From the IMG/VR virus record IMGVR_UViG_3300031787_007614, positions 124,001 to 188,000 of that record: a stretch of DNA of 64,000 nt. One strand, given 5' to 3'. Made by a program: the position numbers and the translations under genes. The notes below the pieces were generated by a model. It was not told the DNA's origin. It saw nothing but the letters and a program-made list of their open reading frames with translations, and searched no databases. Below are positions 35,610-45,528 of this stretch, piece after piece. Position 1 is the stretch's first letter; every line of letters begins with the position of its first letter.

Positions 35610-36245
35610 TTATTCATTTTTTTCTTCTATGGTATAAAACCAATCATCTCCAGCTGACCACTTGCGTGTGCCATCCACTGTAAAAATAGTCTGTGCAGCC
35701 TTAAAGTCTGGAAACTTAACATTACCTGAAATTAAACTTTGGTCGTACCACAAACATCGGTTGTTGGGTTGGCAAGCAAACTGACCGTTTTCCAATCTAA
35801 TAAAGTTGAAACTTTTGTGCTCTTCGGCAACCTCAGTAAAGCCTGTGTCCACGTCCATACCATCTGCACAAAAGTCCACAGTGAACAAATAAGTTCCGTG
35901 GTGCCATTCCTTGTCTTTACCCAGAAACTTTACACCTAGATTACGCAGGCCTATTTTTTCAATGATAGTAAAACGATAGCCCATACAGTCCCAAAGTTGC
36001 AAGGTGTCTATAGGCAGCTGGCCTGTGTGATTTTCTTGCCACACATAAGCATGGATGGGCAGTTTGTCATACAGTGCTCCGTAGTTGGGCAACAAGGACT
36101 CGATACGAAACACCTGCCCACGTAGTGCTTTAAGGCTAACCCATATTGCGGGTTCTAATTCTCCGTGACCTTTTTCAAAGTTGTAGAGAAATTCTCTTTT
36201 GACAAAGCATTTGATCGGTGGAAGAGATCCTACAATGTAGCTCAT
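35610..36245 (-). CDS. Conserved hypothetical protein
   Basis: ORF within the nrd operon. Confidence 0.8.
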   Translation of the reverse strand: MSYIVGSLPPIKCFVKREFLYNFEKGHGELEPAIWVSLKALRGQVFRIESLLPNYGALYDKLPIHAYVWQENHTGQLPIDTLQLWDCMGYRFTIIEKIGLRNLGVKFLGKDKEWHHGTYLFTVDFCADGMDVDTGFTEVAEEHKSFNFIRLENGQFACQPNNRCLWYDQSLISGNVKFPDFKAAQTIFTVDGTRKWSAGDDWFYTIEEKNE

Positions 36246-36896
36246 TTAGTATTTTCCCGATGCAAGAACTATCTTACAAATGTGTTCTAATCTTTCAATG
36301 TGCTCATAAGCACGCCATGGAGTGACATCAATGGCCACAACTCCGTGACCTTTGATTCCCACAATATCAAATTTGATATTGCCTGCTGAATCCAATCCTA
36401 AATTACGGTGACATGCATCAGCAAGTTCTTGGCTGATAGGTGCTACATCTCCCACATTGGGTGCTACTTTAGTGTATCGATTGAGTTCTGGAAATGAATC
36501 ACTAATAGTGCTCAGATCAATACCGGCATGCATGGCCGCAATACAATAGGTTGGATGAACATGAACAACAACTCTAACATCATTGCTGTGTTGACCCATT
36601 TCCATTTGTAGGCCAAAGTGCAGGGGAATTTCACCGCTGGGCTTGAGGTTGGCACTGATGTCAGTATAGTGATCTTCTTGCCAGAATTTTGTTAAAAACG
36701 GAGGAATTGGATTGATATGATCAACTAATTTAATTTTTTTAAACTGATCAGGTTGTAGCGTTTGCTTGCGCACACCTGATGGTGTGATATAAAAGTGATC
36801 ACGGTCGTGATGACGAATAGAGATGTTGCCATCTCTACTGGTTATCCAATTGCGTTTGTACGCATCTACTAATATATCACAACAGGTTTCTAGCAT
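36246..36896 (-). CDS. Class II aldolase/adducin family protein
   Basis: GNISIR, ITPSG, PSGE, HVHP, GHG. Confidence 0.88.
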   Translation of the reverse strand: MLETCCDILVDAYKRNWITSRDGNISIRHHDRDHFYITPSGVRKQTLQPDQFKKIKLVDHINPIPPFLTKFWQEDHYTDISANLKPSGEIPLHFGLQMEMGQHSNDVRVVVHVHPTYCIAAMHAGIDLSTISDSFPELNRYTKVAPNVGDVAPISQELADACHRNLGLDSAGNIKFDIVGIKGHGVVAIDVTPWRAYEHIERLEHICKIVLASGKY

Positions 36897-37837
36897 TTTA
36901 ATTGTTCCAGTGAGTATGTAATTAGCCCAGTTTTTACACTGTGCTCAACAACTAAATTTGTTTGTGGGTTTGATAAAATTATAGGGTTTTCTCCTGGCCC
37001 CCAATGTCCGGTATCCAAATACAATCGATCATTGTCTTGTGCCATACCCATGCGCGGCACGATCAACACAGTTTTGTCACGCCAGTGTTCAGTAGGCACC
37101 GTTAACACAAAATGTTCACGATCATCACGGCACTGTGTAACATAACTAGCAACCACAGAACCAGCTTGAACTGCTCGCATGTATGGTATCCAGTTCCACA
37201 CTGTGCTAACTTGTCGATCAAACTGCATGATGCCCGGGGTCAGATGTAGCAACGGCATAGGATCATATGTACAATCAGCAGTTTCACAAATAAGTTCATT
37301 TACAGTTTGAACAAATTTATGATCCACATCTACTCCCGGGGCAAAAACTCTATTGGTTTGTTCTTGTACTCCAATGCCTTGCGCAAATGTGTCAGGAATA
37401 ACCAGTGCCCACAGCTCTAAAAAATATTCTCCAGGTAAGAAAATAGATTTGTTGTCTTGAGGCAAGCTATTCCACAAACCTTCCCACCATAAATTACCAT
37501 TCACAGTTTCTGTAAATGTAACTGGTGTGGGTCGATAACTGTTGTCATAACGCTCATTGATAAGTTCTATCTTGTTGTCTAAACCAAGGCGTTGTATGAT
37601 TTCACGTCCCAGCAGATATCTATCATGATCAATTTCAAATGCCCTAACATGATCTGCACCATGCTTTAATGCCAACATTGACAACAGGCCTGTGCCAAAT
37701 CCAATGTCAGTGCAACGTTGGTTGGCAACATAACGAGCAAGAATTCTGTCGTAGAATTGGTTACGCATGAAGTCGTTGATCATGCCTAGATTCACACCAT
37801 CATGGTTGAACCAATCAATCCTACTCAAAAAACTCAT
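36890..37837 (-). CDS. SAM-dependent methyltransferase (PrmA/PRMT-like)
   Basis: MINDFMRNQFY, DIGFGTGLLS, AFE. Confidence 0.8.
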   Translation of the reverse strand: MSFLSRIDWFNHDGVNLGMINDFMRNQFYDRILARYVANQRCTDIGFGTGLLSMLALKHGADHVRAFEIDHDRYLLGREIIQRLGLDNKIELINERYDNSYRPTPVTFTETVNGNLWWEGLWNSLPQDNKSIFLPGEYFLELWALVIPDTFAQGIGVQEQTNRVFAPGVDVDHKFVQTVNELICETADCTYDPMPLLHLTPGIMQFDRQVSTVWNWIPYMRAVQAGSVVASYVTQCRDDREHFVLTVPTEHWRDKTVLIVPRMGMAQDNDRLYLDTGHWGPGENPIILSNPQTNLVVEHSVKTGLITYSLEQLKC

Positions 37838-38028
37838 TACCAGTGCCTTATTGTATTTGCTATGATGAACCCACAGGTCACAACATGTATTATAACCCAA
37901 AAGGTCTTGAAGAACAAGGCCAATCGGGCTTCTCGCAAGGTTAAAATGGGCACATCAGGACGGTCATCGTCTGTGTGCCCCATTAGGTGGCCTGTGGCTC
38001 TAGCCCAAACTTTTTCTAGGCTGTTCAT
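37837..38028 (-). CDS. Small membrane protein
   Basis: WARATG; C-terminal TM. Confidence 0.7.
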   Translation of the reverse strand: MNSLEKVWARATGHLMGHTDDDRPDVPILTLREARLALFFKTFWVIIHVVTCGFIIANTIRHW

Positions 38029-38755
38029 TCTTTTCCTCTGAAATTGTTAATAAACCAAGCATTGAAAATATTTTAGCGTAAACATATCCAATATCAACTT
38101 CAAACCACCTATGTCTATAATTAGGTCTATATGGCATATTATGGTGATTGTTGTGAAGCTCTTCGCCGCCTAGTAGGATTCCAATTGGAAACAAATTCTT
38201 TGATTTGTCATTTAAATTTTTATGTCCAGCATAGTCAAACCCAAATTTATGAAAAGCATAGTTGCCAATGAATACACCTAGCCAATTTTTAGTTAATAAA
38301 TGTAATACCAATGATAATACTGCTCCAAGATATCCAAACAAAATGCCTGCAACTAGATGTTGCACCCAGGGACCTGCAAACCTATATTTTTCATGCAATG
38401 TTTTTTGCATCCAGTCATCTGGTGTTTGAATGTCAGGACAATACTTTTTAACTTCATCCTGGTCAGCCTTCCACGGTTGACACATTTGTTTAAGTGTTAG
38501 ATGATGTGGGCTCTGATCGTCATTTTTTGTATCGCTGGTTGCATGATGTTTACGATGTCTACTGGTGTAAGTCTCTGCCCAATTTGGCCCCAACGTGCCA
38601 GAAATCCATAACACAATTCTAAAAAAATATCCCAATGGGTTAGATATTAAAAAATGTCTGTGTGCAACAGATCTATGAACATAGATAGAAAAACACGTGG
38701 TAAAAATATGCAGTTGTACCAGCCAAAAAATCCAAAAATATTGCAACTCAAACAT
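38000..38755 (-). CDS. Second fatty-acid desaturase
   Basis: HRSVAH, HRKHH, HNNHH. Confidence 0.88.
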   Translation of the reverse strand: MFELQYFWIFWLVQLHIFTTCFSIYVHRSVAHRHFLISNPLGYFFRIVLWISGTLGPNWAETYTSRHRKHHATSDTKNDDQSPHHLTLKQMCQPWKADQDEVKKYCPDIQTPDDWMQKTLHEKYRFAGPWVQHLVAGILFGYLGAVLSLVLHLLTKNWLGVFIGNYAFHKFGFDYAGHKNLNDKSKNLFPIGILLGGEELHNNHHNMPYRPNYRHRWFEVDIGYVYAKIFSMLGLLTISEEKNEQPRKSLG

Positions 38756-38763
38756 TTGATAAC

Positions 38764-41076
38764 TTAAAGTTTACACGCTTCACAATCTTCTTCAAGATCA
38801 AAATCAATAATCTCAAGAGGTTCTTCCACTTTCATTTTGCTACCAGCTTTGTTGATAAGACTGTAGTAGAATGTTTTGATACCCCAATGATGTGCTTGCA
38901 TTAGATTGCGAGCAATCAGTGTGGTAGGTACTTTTCTATCAGGCCAGTGTGCTGGGTTATAAAACGTATTGGTCGAAATTGACTGGTCAATATAAGCAGC
39001 CAAAACCGCTGCTGTTTTTAGATATCCGTCACAGTCTTTTTGTGCCCACATCAGTTGATATTTGTTTTTCAACTTGTGATACTCGGGTACAACTTGTGTC
39101 AATGATCCAGCCTTGCTTTCTTTAACTGAGATCAGGCTCATGGGCATTTCAATGCCGTTGGTTGAGTTAATTACAACTGAACTTGATTCCACAGGCGCCA
39201 CTGCCATAAGTGTGGCATTGCGTACCCCGTGAGCTTTCATCTGTTCACGCAAGGGTTCCCAGTCTAGTTCTGGTGCAAAATTCGCAAGTTCGTTAACTCC
39301 GTTAGCTCGTCGTTCCCACGGAAACACACCACGACCATACCAGGTGCGGTCCGAATCTTTGCAACGGCCACGTTCTTTAGCAAGCTCAACTGTGGCTTCT
39401 GTGAGATAATAGGCTTGGTGCTCCATCCAAGATTTGACTTCGGCCAAAGCATCTGTATCACCGTATAGGAGGCCGCGCTTGGCATGCCAGTAAGCCAAGT
39501 TAGTAATACCGATGCCAAGCGGCTGGATTTCGTCATTTGATAATTTTGATTGGATCGATAGGAAGTCTTGGTAGTCAAGGATATTACACAAGGATCTCTG
39601 CAGAATTCTACAAGCTCTGCGCATGTCTTCAGGATTCCGGAATGCACCCCAGTTAATACTTCCAAGCGTACAGAGCGCGATTCGCCCATCAGCGTCATCC
39701 AGGCGCTTAAACGGTTTAGTTGGTAAGAGAATTTCACAGCAAAGGTTACTCTGATAAATGGTATGATACTCAGGATCAAATGGTCCTTGGTTCATCACAT
39801 TGTCAATAAACACTAGATAGATACGACCAGTGTCTGTTCGTTCTTTAAGTATGCCTGATTTGAACACCTCTTCAGCAGACATAGTTTTTGTCCGGAGGTC
39901 AGATCTAGCTTCATATTTGACATAAAGATCTTCAAAAAGGTTAATGTCTTTGTAGAATGCCTCGTAAAGTTCCGGTACTTCGTTAGGGTCAAAAAACGTG
40001 ATGTTTTGTTTGTGTTTAAATCTACGCCAGAAAAAAGCAGAAAGCACCACCCCGTAGTCCATGTGTCGGACACGGGTTTCTTCGGTTCCTTGATTGTTCT
40101 TGAGCACAATAAGATCATCGAATTGATGATGCCAGATGGGATAAAAAACAGTGGCACTTGCATTTCGAATACCTCCTTGTGAACATGACCGTAAATCACC
40201 AAACCATTTTTTCAGGAATGGTATCATGCCTGTGTGCATGATCTCACCACCACGAATGGGTGAGCCCAATGGACGTAGACGTCCTATCTCCAGGCCAATA
40301 CCAGCACGTTTGCTGGCATACTTGGCCATCATTTCTCCTGAAGCAAAGATGCTATCAAGATCATCATCTGAACGAATAAGCACACAACTACTAAATTGCT
40401 TAGTTGGAGTACCAAGGCCGGCCAGAACAGGAGTTGCAAGAGTAAAGAGCCCATCGCTAGCCGCGTTGTAGTATTCTTTAATATAACGCATCCTAGCTGT
40501 GTTAGGTTCTTCTTTGTGAAACACTGTGGCAGCGGCCACCATGTATCTAACTTGCGGAGTTTCATAAATTTCCTTTGTGGAGCGATTGCGTACCAAATAT
40601 TTTTCAATCAATTGCTCAATGGCTGCATATGAATATTGTTCATCCTTAGCATGATCAATTATGTCGTTCATGCGGTTCCAGTCATCCTCTGAGTACCATT
40701 CCAACAGTTCAGGAGTGTACAAGCCGGTGGCTACATTGCGTTTCACAATCTCATACAAGTGTGGAGGCTGATAAGAACCATAGACATCTTTGCGCAACAT
40801 AGAGAGCCGTTGTTTGCCTGCCACATGTTGATAGTTGGTATGGCCCACATCAGGGTTTTGCTCTACATCAATGAGATCTACTATGGCTCGCAGTGTAATG
40901 CCATCAATTTCTTTGGTAGTAATACCATCATAAAAGTGTAGCTGTGTGCGTATCTCTATCATGCTTTGACTTACGTCTGCTATGCCTGCGCATACTTTGG
41001 CAATTTGCGTTTGCCACTTTTCCAAAGCCAATGGCTCTCGGGTGCCATCTCTTTTAAGAACTGTAATTATTTTCAT
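38764..41076 (-). CDS. nrdA: Ribonucleotide reductase class Ia alpha subunit
   Basis: ATP cone KRDG, SSCVL, SNLCCEI, C-terminal CEAC. Confidence 0.97.
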   Translation of the reverse strand: MKIITVLKRDGTREPLALEKWQTQIAKVCAGIADVSQSMIEIRTQLHFYDGITTKEIDGITLRAIVDLIDVEQNPDVGHTNYQHVAGKQRLSMLRKDVYGSYQPPHLYEIVKRNVATGLYTPELLEWYSEDDWNRMNDIIDHAKDEQYSYAAIEQLIEKYLVRNRSTKEIYETPQVRYMVAAATVFHKEEPNTARMRYIKEYYNAASDGLFTLATPVLAGLGTPTKQFSSCVLIRSDDDLDSIFASGEMMAKYASKRAGIGLEIGRLRPLGSPIRGGEIMHTGMIPFLKKWFGDLRSCSQGGIRNASATVFYPIWHHQFDDLIVLKNNQGTEETRVRHMDYGVVLSAFFWRRFKHKQNITFFDPNEVPELYEAFYKDINLFEDLYVKYEARSDLRTKTMSAEEVFKSGILKERTDTGRIYLVFIDNVMNQGPFDPEYHTIYQSNLCCEILLPTKPFKRLDDADGRIALCTLGSINWGAFRNPEDMRRACRILQRSLCNILDYQDFLSIQSKLSNDEIQPLGIGITNLAYWHAKRGLLYGDTDALAEVKSWMEHQAYYLTEATVELAKERGRCKDSDRTWYGRGVFPWERRANGVNELANFAPELDWEPLREQMKAHGVRNATLMAVAPVESSSVVINSTNGIEMPMSLISVKESKAGSLTQVVPEYHKLKNKYQLMWAQKDCDGYLKTAAVLAAYIDQSISTNTFYNPAHWPDRKVPTTLIARNLMQAHHWGIKTFYYSLINKAGSKMKVEEPLEIIDFDLEEDCEACKL

Positions 41077-41079
41077 TTT

Positions 41080-41508
41080 TTAACCAATTTTTTGTTGTAT
41101 TTGTTGCTGACTAACACGGTGCCGAGGGTTTTCTGGTCCTGGAGTGATATTTACGATTGTGTCCTTGTCCCAATTCAGTATATATTTCTTTTGAGGCGCA
41201 TGGACTAAATTGTCACTACCATGATCGGCTAACCAGCATTTTTGCAAGTCTTCACGATCAATTATTGTTATAGTATACAGGATTCCTAGCCCACGAGCAA
41301 GCCCACAGAACAAATTGTCATCTAATAGTTGCCAGGGATCAGGCCAATTGTCACGATCGTCCCAGTGTAAATGATAAGGAATCCAAGGAGTAGAAAACCA
41401 CCATTGATTAATGGTGGTCAAGGCTGATTCAACATCAGCAGTGGCAGCTTGATTTCTCAGTGCGTTCCAAGACTCAAGCCTATCAGCAAAAGTTCTAGGC
41501 CACATCAA
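41080..41508 (-). CDS. Hypothetical protein (possible transglutaminase-like)
   Basis: WPDPWQLL..FCGLARGLG. Confidence 0.65.
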   Translation of the reverse strand: MMWPRTFADRLESWNALRNQAATADVESALTTINQWWFSTPWIPYHLHWDDRDNWPDPWQLLDDNLFCGLARGLGILYTITIIDREDLQKCWLADHGSDNLVHAPQKKYILNWDKDTIVNITPGPENPRHRVSQQQIQQKIG

Positions 41509-43277
41509 ATGCCAAAGTTTGCTACAGAATACCTAATTGAAGCATTTGCACCAGTACTGGTACAAGTGTAACCCACTGAAAGTTCGGTGCCGCTGTCTGC
41601 TGGTGTAAGTGTTACACCAGTTGAGCCATTTTCTGTAAAGTTGTCAACATAACTGAAACCAGTGGTGGTAGCAGCTTGACCACCTGTTACTGTGATTGTG
41701 CCTCTGCGTCTGGTGTCAGATCTAGTGATCACATAATCAAAACTAAATGAAGTGATAGCAGTTTTATCAATCACCACAAGATTGCCGCTGCCATTGTCTA
41801 CCAGTGTGTCTGATATTCCTGCTGATCGTTTCAGCGTTCCAAGATCCAGGCTCATTCCAACGTTAGTGGTGGTTGCTTGCGATTGATAAAACACCATGTC
41901 TCGAGTGTTCTGACTCATTGCAATGGAGTTTGTGGTAGCAAGACTGATTCTAGGATAGGTGCCGCTTTGACTGTCATTGCGCTGAAACAAGTCGCCAACA
42001 GAAATATTGTTGTTGGCATCAATGCTGATGATAGGCGCTGCTGGTAGTGAAGCGCCATTGAAGTGATTGGCCACATCATAAAACACATTGTAACCAGTAG
42101 CATTCAAACTGCATTCTTGAATGATGATACCTTCGCCGTAGATATTATCAAACACATTATGCAACACCTTGAATCCGCTTGGCCCACCATCTACTGGTGT
42201 GGCACTGCCCAACACCACACCCTGATATAGCACATCAAACCATCCGTTGCTGACAGTTACTCCGGCAGTTTGATGGTCAGTGTTAATACCATAAGTCATG
42301 CCAGTGAATTTACATTTGTCCATGGTAATTTCTGTGCAAGGCAATGCAGTAGTTGAACTGAACAAAACACCGCTTACGTCTTCCACAGCATCTTGCAACT
42401 GCACTGTGGTAAGATTGCTGGCAAAGGTCACATTGTCCATACTGACTTTTTGAGCCTTTTCAATCAAACACACATTATGACTGCCTGACTCGGTGGTCTG
42501 GAATGACATGCTGGACACTTCAATGTTTTGTGGAGGGCTTGCGCCACCCACTCCAATGTTGACTCCAGTTTGTTGTTGACTATCGGCAGTTCTAACAACC
42601 AGTTCTGGCAGTGTGGTAGATTCCCAGTAACTTGCGTTGGATAACAAAATACCAGTGGCAGGCACTGCGGCAATACTACGGTAGTAACTGCCTGAACTTT
42701 TGACCAACACACCATCGGCATAGGCAGTGTTGGCAGCCCAAGTTTGCACAGTAAAATAAATAATACTGGAATCAGCGCCTTCGCCGTACAGTTTGGCCCA
42801 GGGCGGAATCAGTATGGTGTCTGTGACAATGTACGTGCCAGCTGGGAAAAACAAACTTCGGCGTATTTGTGTGTTGTTTTGCACACAGAACAATTGGAAC
42901 AGTGCTCGGTTGATAGCATCAGTGTCATCAGTGCTGCCGTCGCCTGTGGCGCCAAAGTCCGTGACAACAGCGTAACTGTCCAGTCTGCTTTGTATGCTTT
43001 GGCTGACAGGATCGCCAGACGTAGCGCCTGTTTGCACTGTATAGCCAGCGGCTGCGCCTTGATAGGTATACGCAGTGGTAAAACTGAGAATGTCTGAGAA
43101 CTCTGTAAGAACTTCGGTATTTCCCACTATTGGAGCACCGTCAGCAATTGAGCCGTTACCAATGTAGAGTTTGCGCTGATCAATTGCCCAGCCAAATTCG
43201 GCTCCAGCTAAGGGTTGAGGCAGGTCTGTCTCGAGTCCGGTTCGTTGGGTTATTCTAGATACTTGTACTATTGCCAC
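41505..43277 (-). CDS. Tail fibre/tailspike with pectin-lyase-like beta-helix
   Basis: VTDFGATGDGSTDDTDAI, FFPAGTY; GTG start with AAGGA SD. Confidence 0.85.
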   Translation of the reverse strand: MAIVQVSRITQRTGLETDLPQPLAGAEFGWAIDQRKLYIGNGSIADGAPIVGNTEVLTEFSDILSFTTAYTYQGAAAGYTVQTGATSGDPVSQSIQSRLDSYAVVTDFGATGDGSTDDTDAINRALFQLFCVQNNTQIRRSLFFPAGTYIVTDTILIPPWAKLYGEGADSSIIYFTVQTWAANTAYADGVLVKSSGSYYRSIAAVPATGILLSNASYWESTTLPELVVRTADSQQQTGVNIGVGGASPPQNIEVSSMSFQTTESGSHNVCLIEKAQKVSMDNVTFASNLTTVQLQDAVEDVSGVLFSSTTALPCTEITMDKCKFTGMTYGINTDHQTAGVTVSNGWFDVLYQGVVLGSATPVDGGPSGFKVLHNVFDNIYGEGIIIQECSLNATGYNVFYDVANHFNGASLPAAPIISIDANNNISVGDLFQRNDSQSGTYPRISLATTNSIAMSQNTRDMVFYQSQATTTNVGMSLDLGTLKRSAGISDTLVDNGSGNLVVIDKTAITSFSFDYVITRSDTRRRGTITVTGGQAATTTGFSYVDNFTENGSTGVTLTPADSGTELSVGYTCTSTGANASIRYSVANFGI

Positions 43278-43279
43278 AG

Positions 43280-43307
43280 TGTGATTCCTTGAGGTATCAC
43301 ATATTTA
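43280..43307 (-). promoter_or_regulatory. TAAATA followed by an SD-sequestering hairpin
   Basis: TAAATA at 43307-43302; TGTGATACC-TCAA-GGAATCACA (8 of 9 pairs) includes the AAGGA SD. Confidence 0.65.
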
Positions 43308-44013
43308 GCATGTAGTACTGTTCGACCTTTTTCCACCAGATGGTGCGATATTTTTCAAATTCCGCACCTTCCAGCACAAATTCCTGATATTTGGGCTGTC
43401 CTACAATATTGTGTTGCTCATCTAGATCAGGCTTAACACACATCAAAACTACGCCTTTTCGGATACGTGTGCCATGTATTTCGTTATGAGCTTCTGCGTA
43501 TGCGCACAACTGAACAAAGTAATCGTCAATCCATTCACGCTTTTTGGGCTTGTTAGTTTGCTTGTAGTCTAGGATGGATTCTTCATTTAAATGAATACCT
43601 GCACCGTCTGTTGTGCCTGCATACACGCCGGGAAAGTACAAGGGTACTTCAATACCCCAAAATTCCGTAACATTGACCAGGCCTTTATTGACAACTTCTT
43701 CTGCCATAATATGGCTAGGCCAACTGAATGGATTTGATCCACGAGCAGGTATAGCACCTTCTCGAATGTACTTTTCAAGATAGGTATGCATTCTAGTGCC
43801 GCGATTGGCAGCTTCAGTAGTAATAGCTTGTGCTCGTTCTGCGCCTACTGCACGCCGCCAGTTGTGCAAGGCAGCCTTGCTTTCTTCACTTTTGGTTCGG
43901 TCTAATATGGTAGTTACGCTAGGTAATTTGTTGCCATCTGGCGTGGCGTAAAATCGTTTGCCGTCTACAGTAACTCTGGGTATAGGTTGATAGTTAAATT
44001 TTGGATTGTACAT
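43297..44013 (-). CDS. PD-(D/E)XK exonuclease (RecB/lambda-exo-like)
   Basis: PSVTTIL, RGTRMH, AGTTDG, LDYKQT, QLCAYA. Confidence 0.85.
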   Translation of the reverse strand: MYNPKFNYQPIPRVTVDGKRFYATPDGNKLPSVTTILDRTKSEESKAALHNWRRAVGAERAQAITTEAANRGTRMHTYLEKYIREGAIPARGSNPFSWPSHIMAEEVVNKGLVNVTEFWGIEVPLYFPGVYAGTTDGAGIHLNEESILDYKQTNKPKKREWIDDYFVQLCAYAEAHNEIHGTRIRKGVVLMCVKPDLDEQHNIVGQPKYQEFVLEGAEFEKYRTIWWKKVEQYYMLNM

Positions 44014-44837
44014 TATGATAAACAACTTGCAATGTGTTGATACAGTGATGTTGGCCACTTTGCAAACAATGACACTCGCGGATTGTGTTCAGTAAGGCTG
44101 TTTTCAGCGTATCCTACACCATGTAATTTGTTTATGTTCAACAAAGTTGGATGTGGATAGATTTCAACTTGATCAACATAAGAAAATGTATCTGGCGGTG
44201 GCGTGGCATTAACACCTTTTTTAAATCTATCAGCATGTGCTGGCTGTATTCTAGTTATTGAAAAAAAATTCACCGTGCTGTGACTGGCTGCTAATTCTGC
44301 CTGACAATATTCAGGTAGATTCACAATACTTGCCGGAGTCTCGCATGGTGGCCAAGATGGATCTTTGATATTGGCATAGTGTTCTTGCCAAAGTTTTATG
44401 TCTTCTGAAAATTCGTAGAACTGAGTAAAACAGTTCTTGTGATTGTCTACTGGAAAAATCAAACTGGTTGTTTTTGTTATATCCACATGCACAGGAATCA
44501 TACTACCGCCACAAACAATCTGAAGCCTAATTATCGGTTGATCGTCAAACTCTGTTAAAAATGTCCATTGAGATCGAATTTCTTGTTCAATCTCAGCAGG
44601 TAACTCAAAGTTAAACATAGTTCCTATTAACTCATTTTTAGGTCCATAAAACGATTGATACTGGGATCGTAAATCTTCTGGAACTCCCATACTTGTATTA
44701 TACTCTAAATCATGCCAATTTAAATTTTCATAAATGTCTTTTTTAGCCATGCGTTGCCAAGGAAGGTTTTTTACCGCGGCCACAATGTCATTTGACAAAC
44801 TGATGTTTGGCAATGTTTGATAGTAAAAAGATCTCAT
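44013..44837 (-). CDS. Putative 2OG-Fe(II) oxygenase-like protein with an internal insertion
   Basis: PVHVD ... LHGV; insert YANIKDPSWPPCET. Confidence 0.5.
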   Translation of the reverse strand: MRSFYYQTLPNISLSNDIVAAVKNLPWQRMAKKDIYENLNWHDLEYNTSMGVPEDLRSQYQSFYGPKNELIGTMFNFELPAEIEQEIRSQWTFLTEFDDQPIIRLQIVCGGSMIPVHVDITKTTSLIFPVDNHKNCFTQFYEFSEDIKLWQEHYANIKDPSWPPCETPASIVNLPEYCQAELAASHSTVNFFSITRIQPAHADRFKKGVNATPPPDTFSYVDQVEIYPHPTLLNINKLHGVGYAENSLTEHNPRVSLFAKWPTSLYQHIASCLS

Positions 44838-45157
44838 ACTCTAAAACTTTCTCCGCAGCCGCAGCGATCGCGTTCATTGGGATTGAGGAATTCAAAACCT
44901 TCATTAAGGCCCTGTCGCACATAGTCTACAGTGACGCCTCTAAGATACACTTCATTTTTCTTATCAACCAATACCACAAAATCTGCTTGGGCATAGTTGA
45001 TGTCTGATTCTGAAGGCGTATACTCTTGCACGTATTCTAACACATACGCTAGGCCTGAGCAACCTGTAGTTTTTACCCCAAGACGAATGCCAGCATAGTT
45101 TTTGGCTTGCAGTAGTCTCTTTACTTTGGTATAGGCCTGATCAGTTATGGAGATCAT
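44834..45157 (-). CDS. iscA: Fe-S cluster assembly A-type carrier
   Basis: GCSGLAY, NPNERDRCGCGESF. Confidence 0.95.
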   Translation of the reverse strand: MISITDQAYTKVKRLLQAKNYAGIRLGVKTTGCSGLAYVLEYVQEYTPSESDINYAQADFVVLVDKKNEVYLRGVTVDYVRQGLNEGFEFLNPNERDRCGCGESFRV

Positions 45158-45527
45158 GCTTTTTGCGATAATCTTCTACAGCAGCCTTTATAGCATCTTC
45201 AGCAAGAATAGAACAATGAATCTTGACTGGTGGCAGCGCGAGTTCTTCAGCAATCTCTGAATTTTTAAGAGCTGCCGCTTGGTCAAGCGTTCGTCCTTTA
45301 ACCCACTCGGTAACAAGAGAGGATGAGGCAATCGCACTGCCGCATCCGTATGTTTTAAACCTTGCGTCTGTGATGATGCCATCTTGTACCTTGATTTGCA
45401 ATTTCATTACGTCGCCGCAAGCAGGTGCGCCAACCATGCCAGTACCAATATCAGTATCACTCTTGTCAAAAGAGCCGACATTCCGGGGATTTTCATAATG
45501 ATCAATAACTTTGTCTGAGTATGCCAT
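45141..45527 (-). CDS. iscU: Fe-S cluster scaffold
   Basis: PACGDVM, GCGSA, LPPVKIHCS. Confidence 0.97.
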   Translation of the reverse strand: MAYSDKVIDHYENPRNVGSFDKSDTDIGTGMVGAPACGDVMKLQIKVQDGIITDARFKTYGCGSAIASSSLVTEWVKGRTLDQAAALKNSEIAEELALPPVKIHCSILAEDAIKAAVEDYRKKHDLHN

Positions 45528-45528
45528 G

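Noticed and set aside
43297-44013. Cas4 as the Fe-S client of the neighbouring IscU/IscA
   Set aside because: It lacks the four-Cys Cas4 cluster motif and fits a plain PD-(D/E)XK exonuclease
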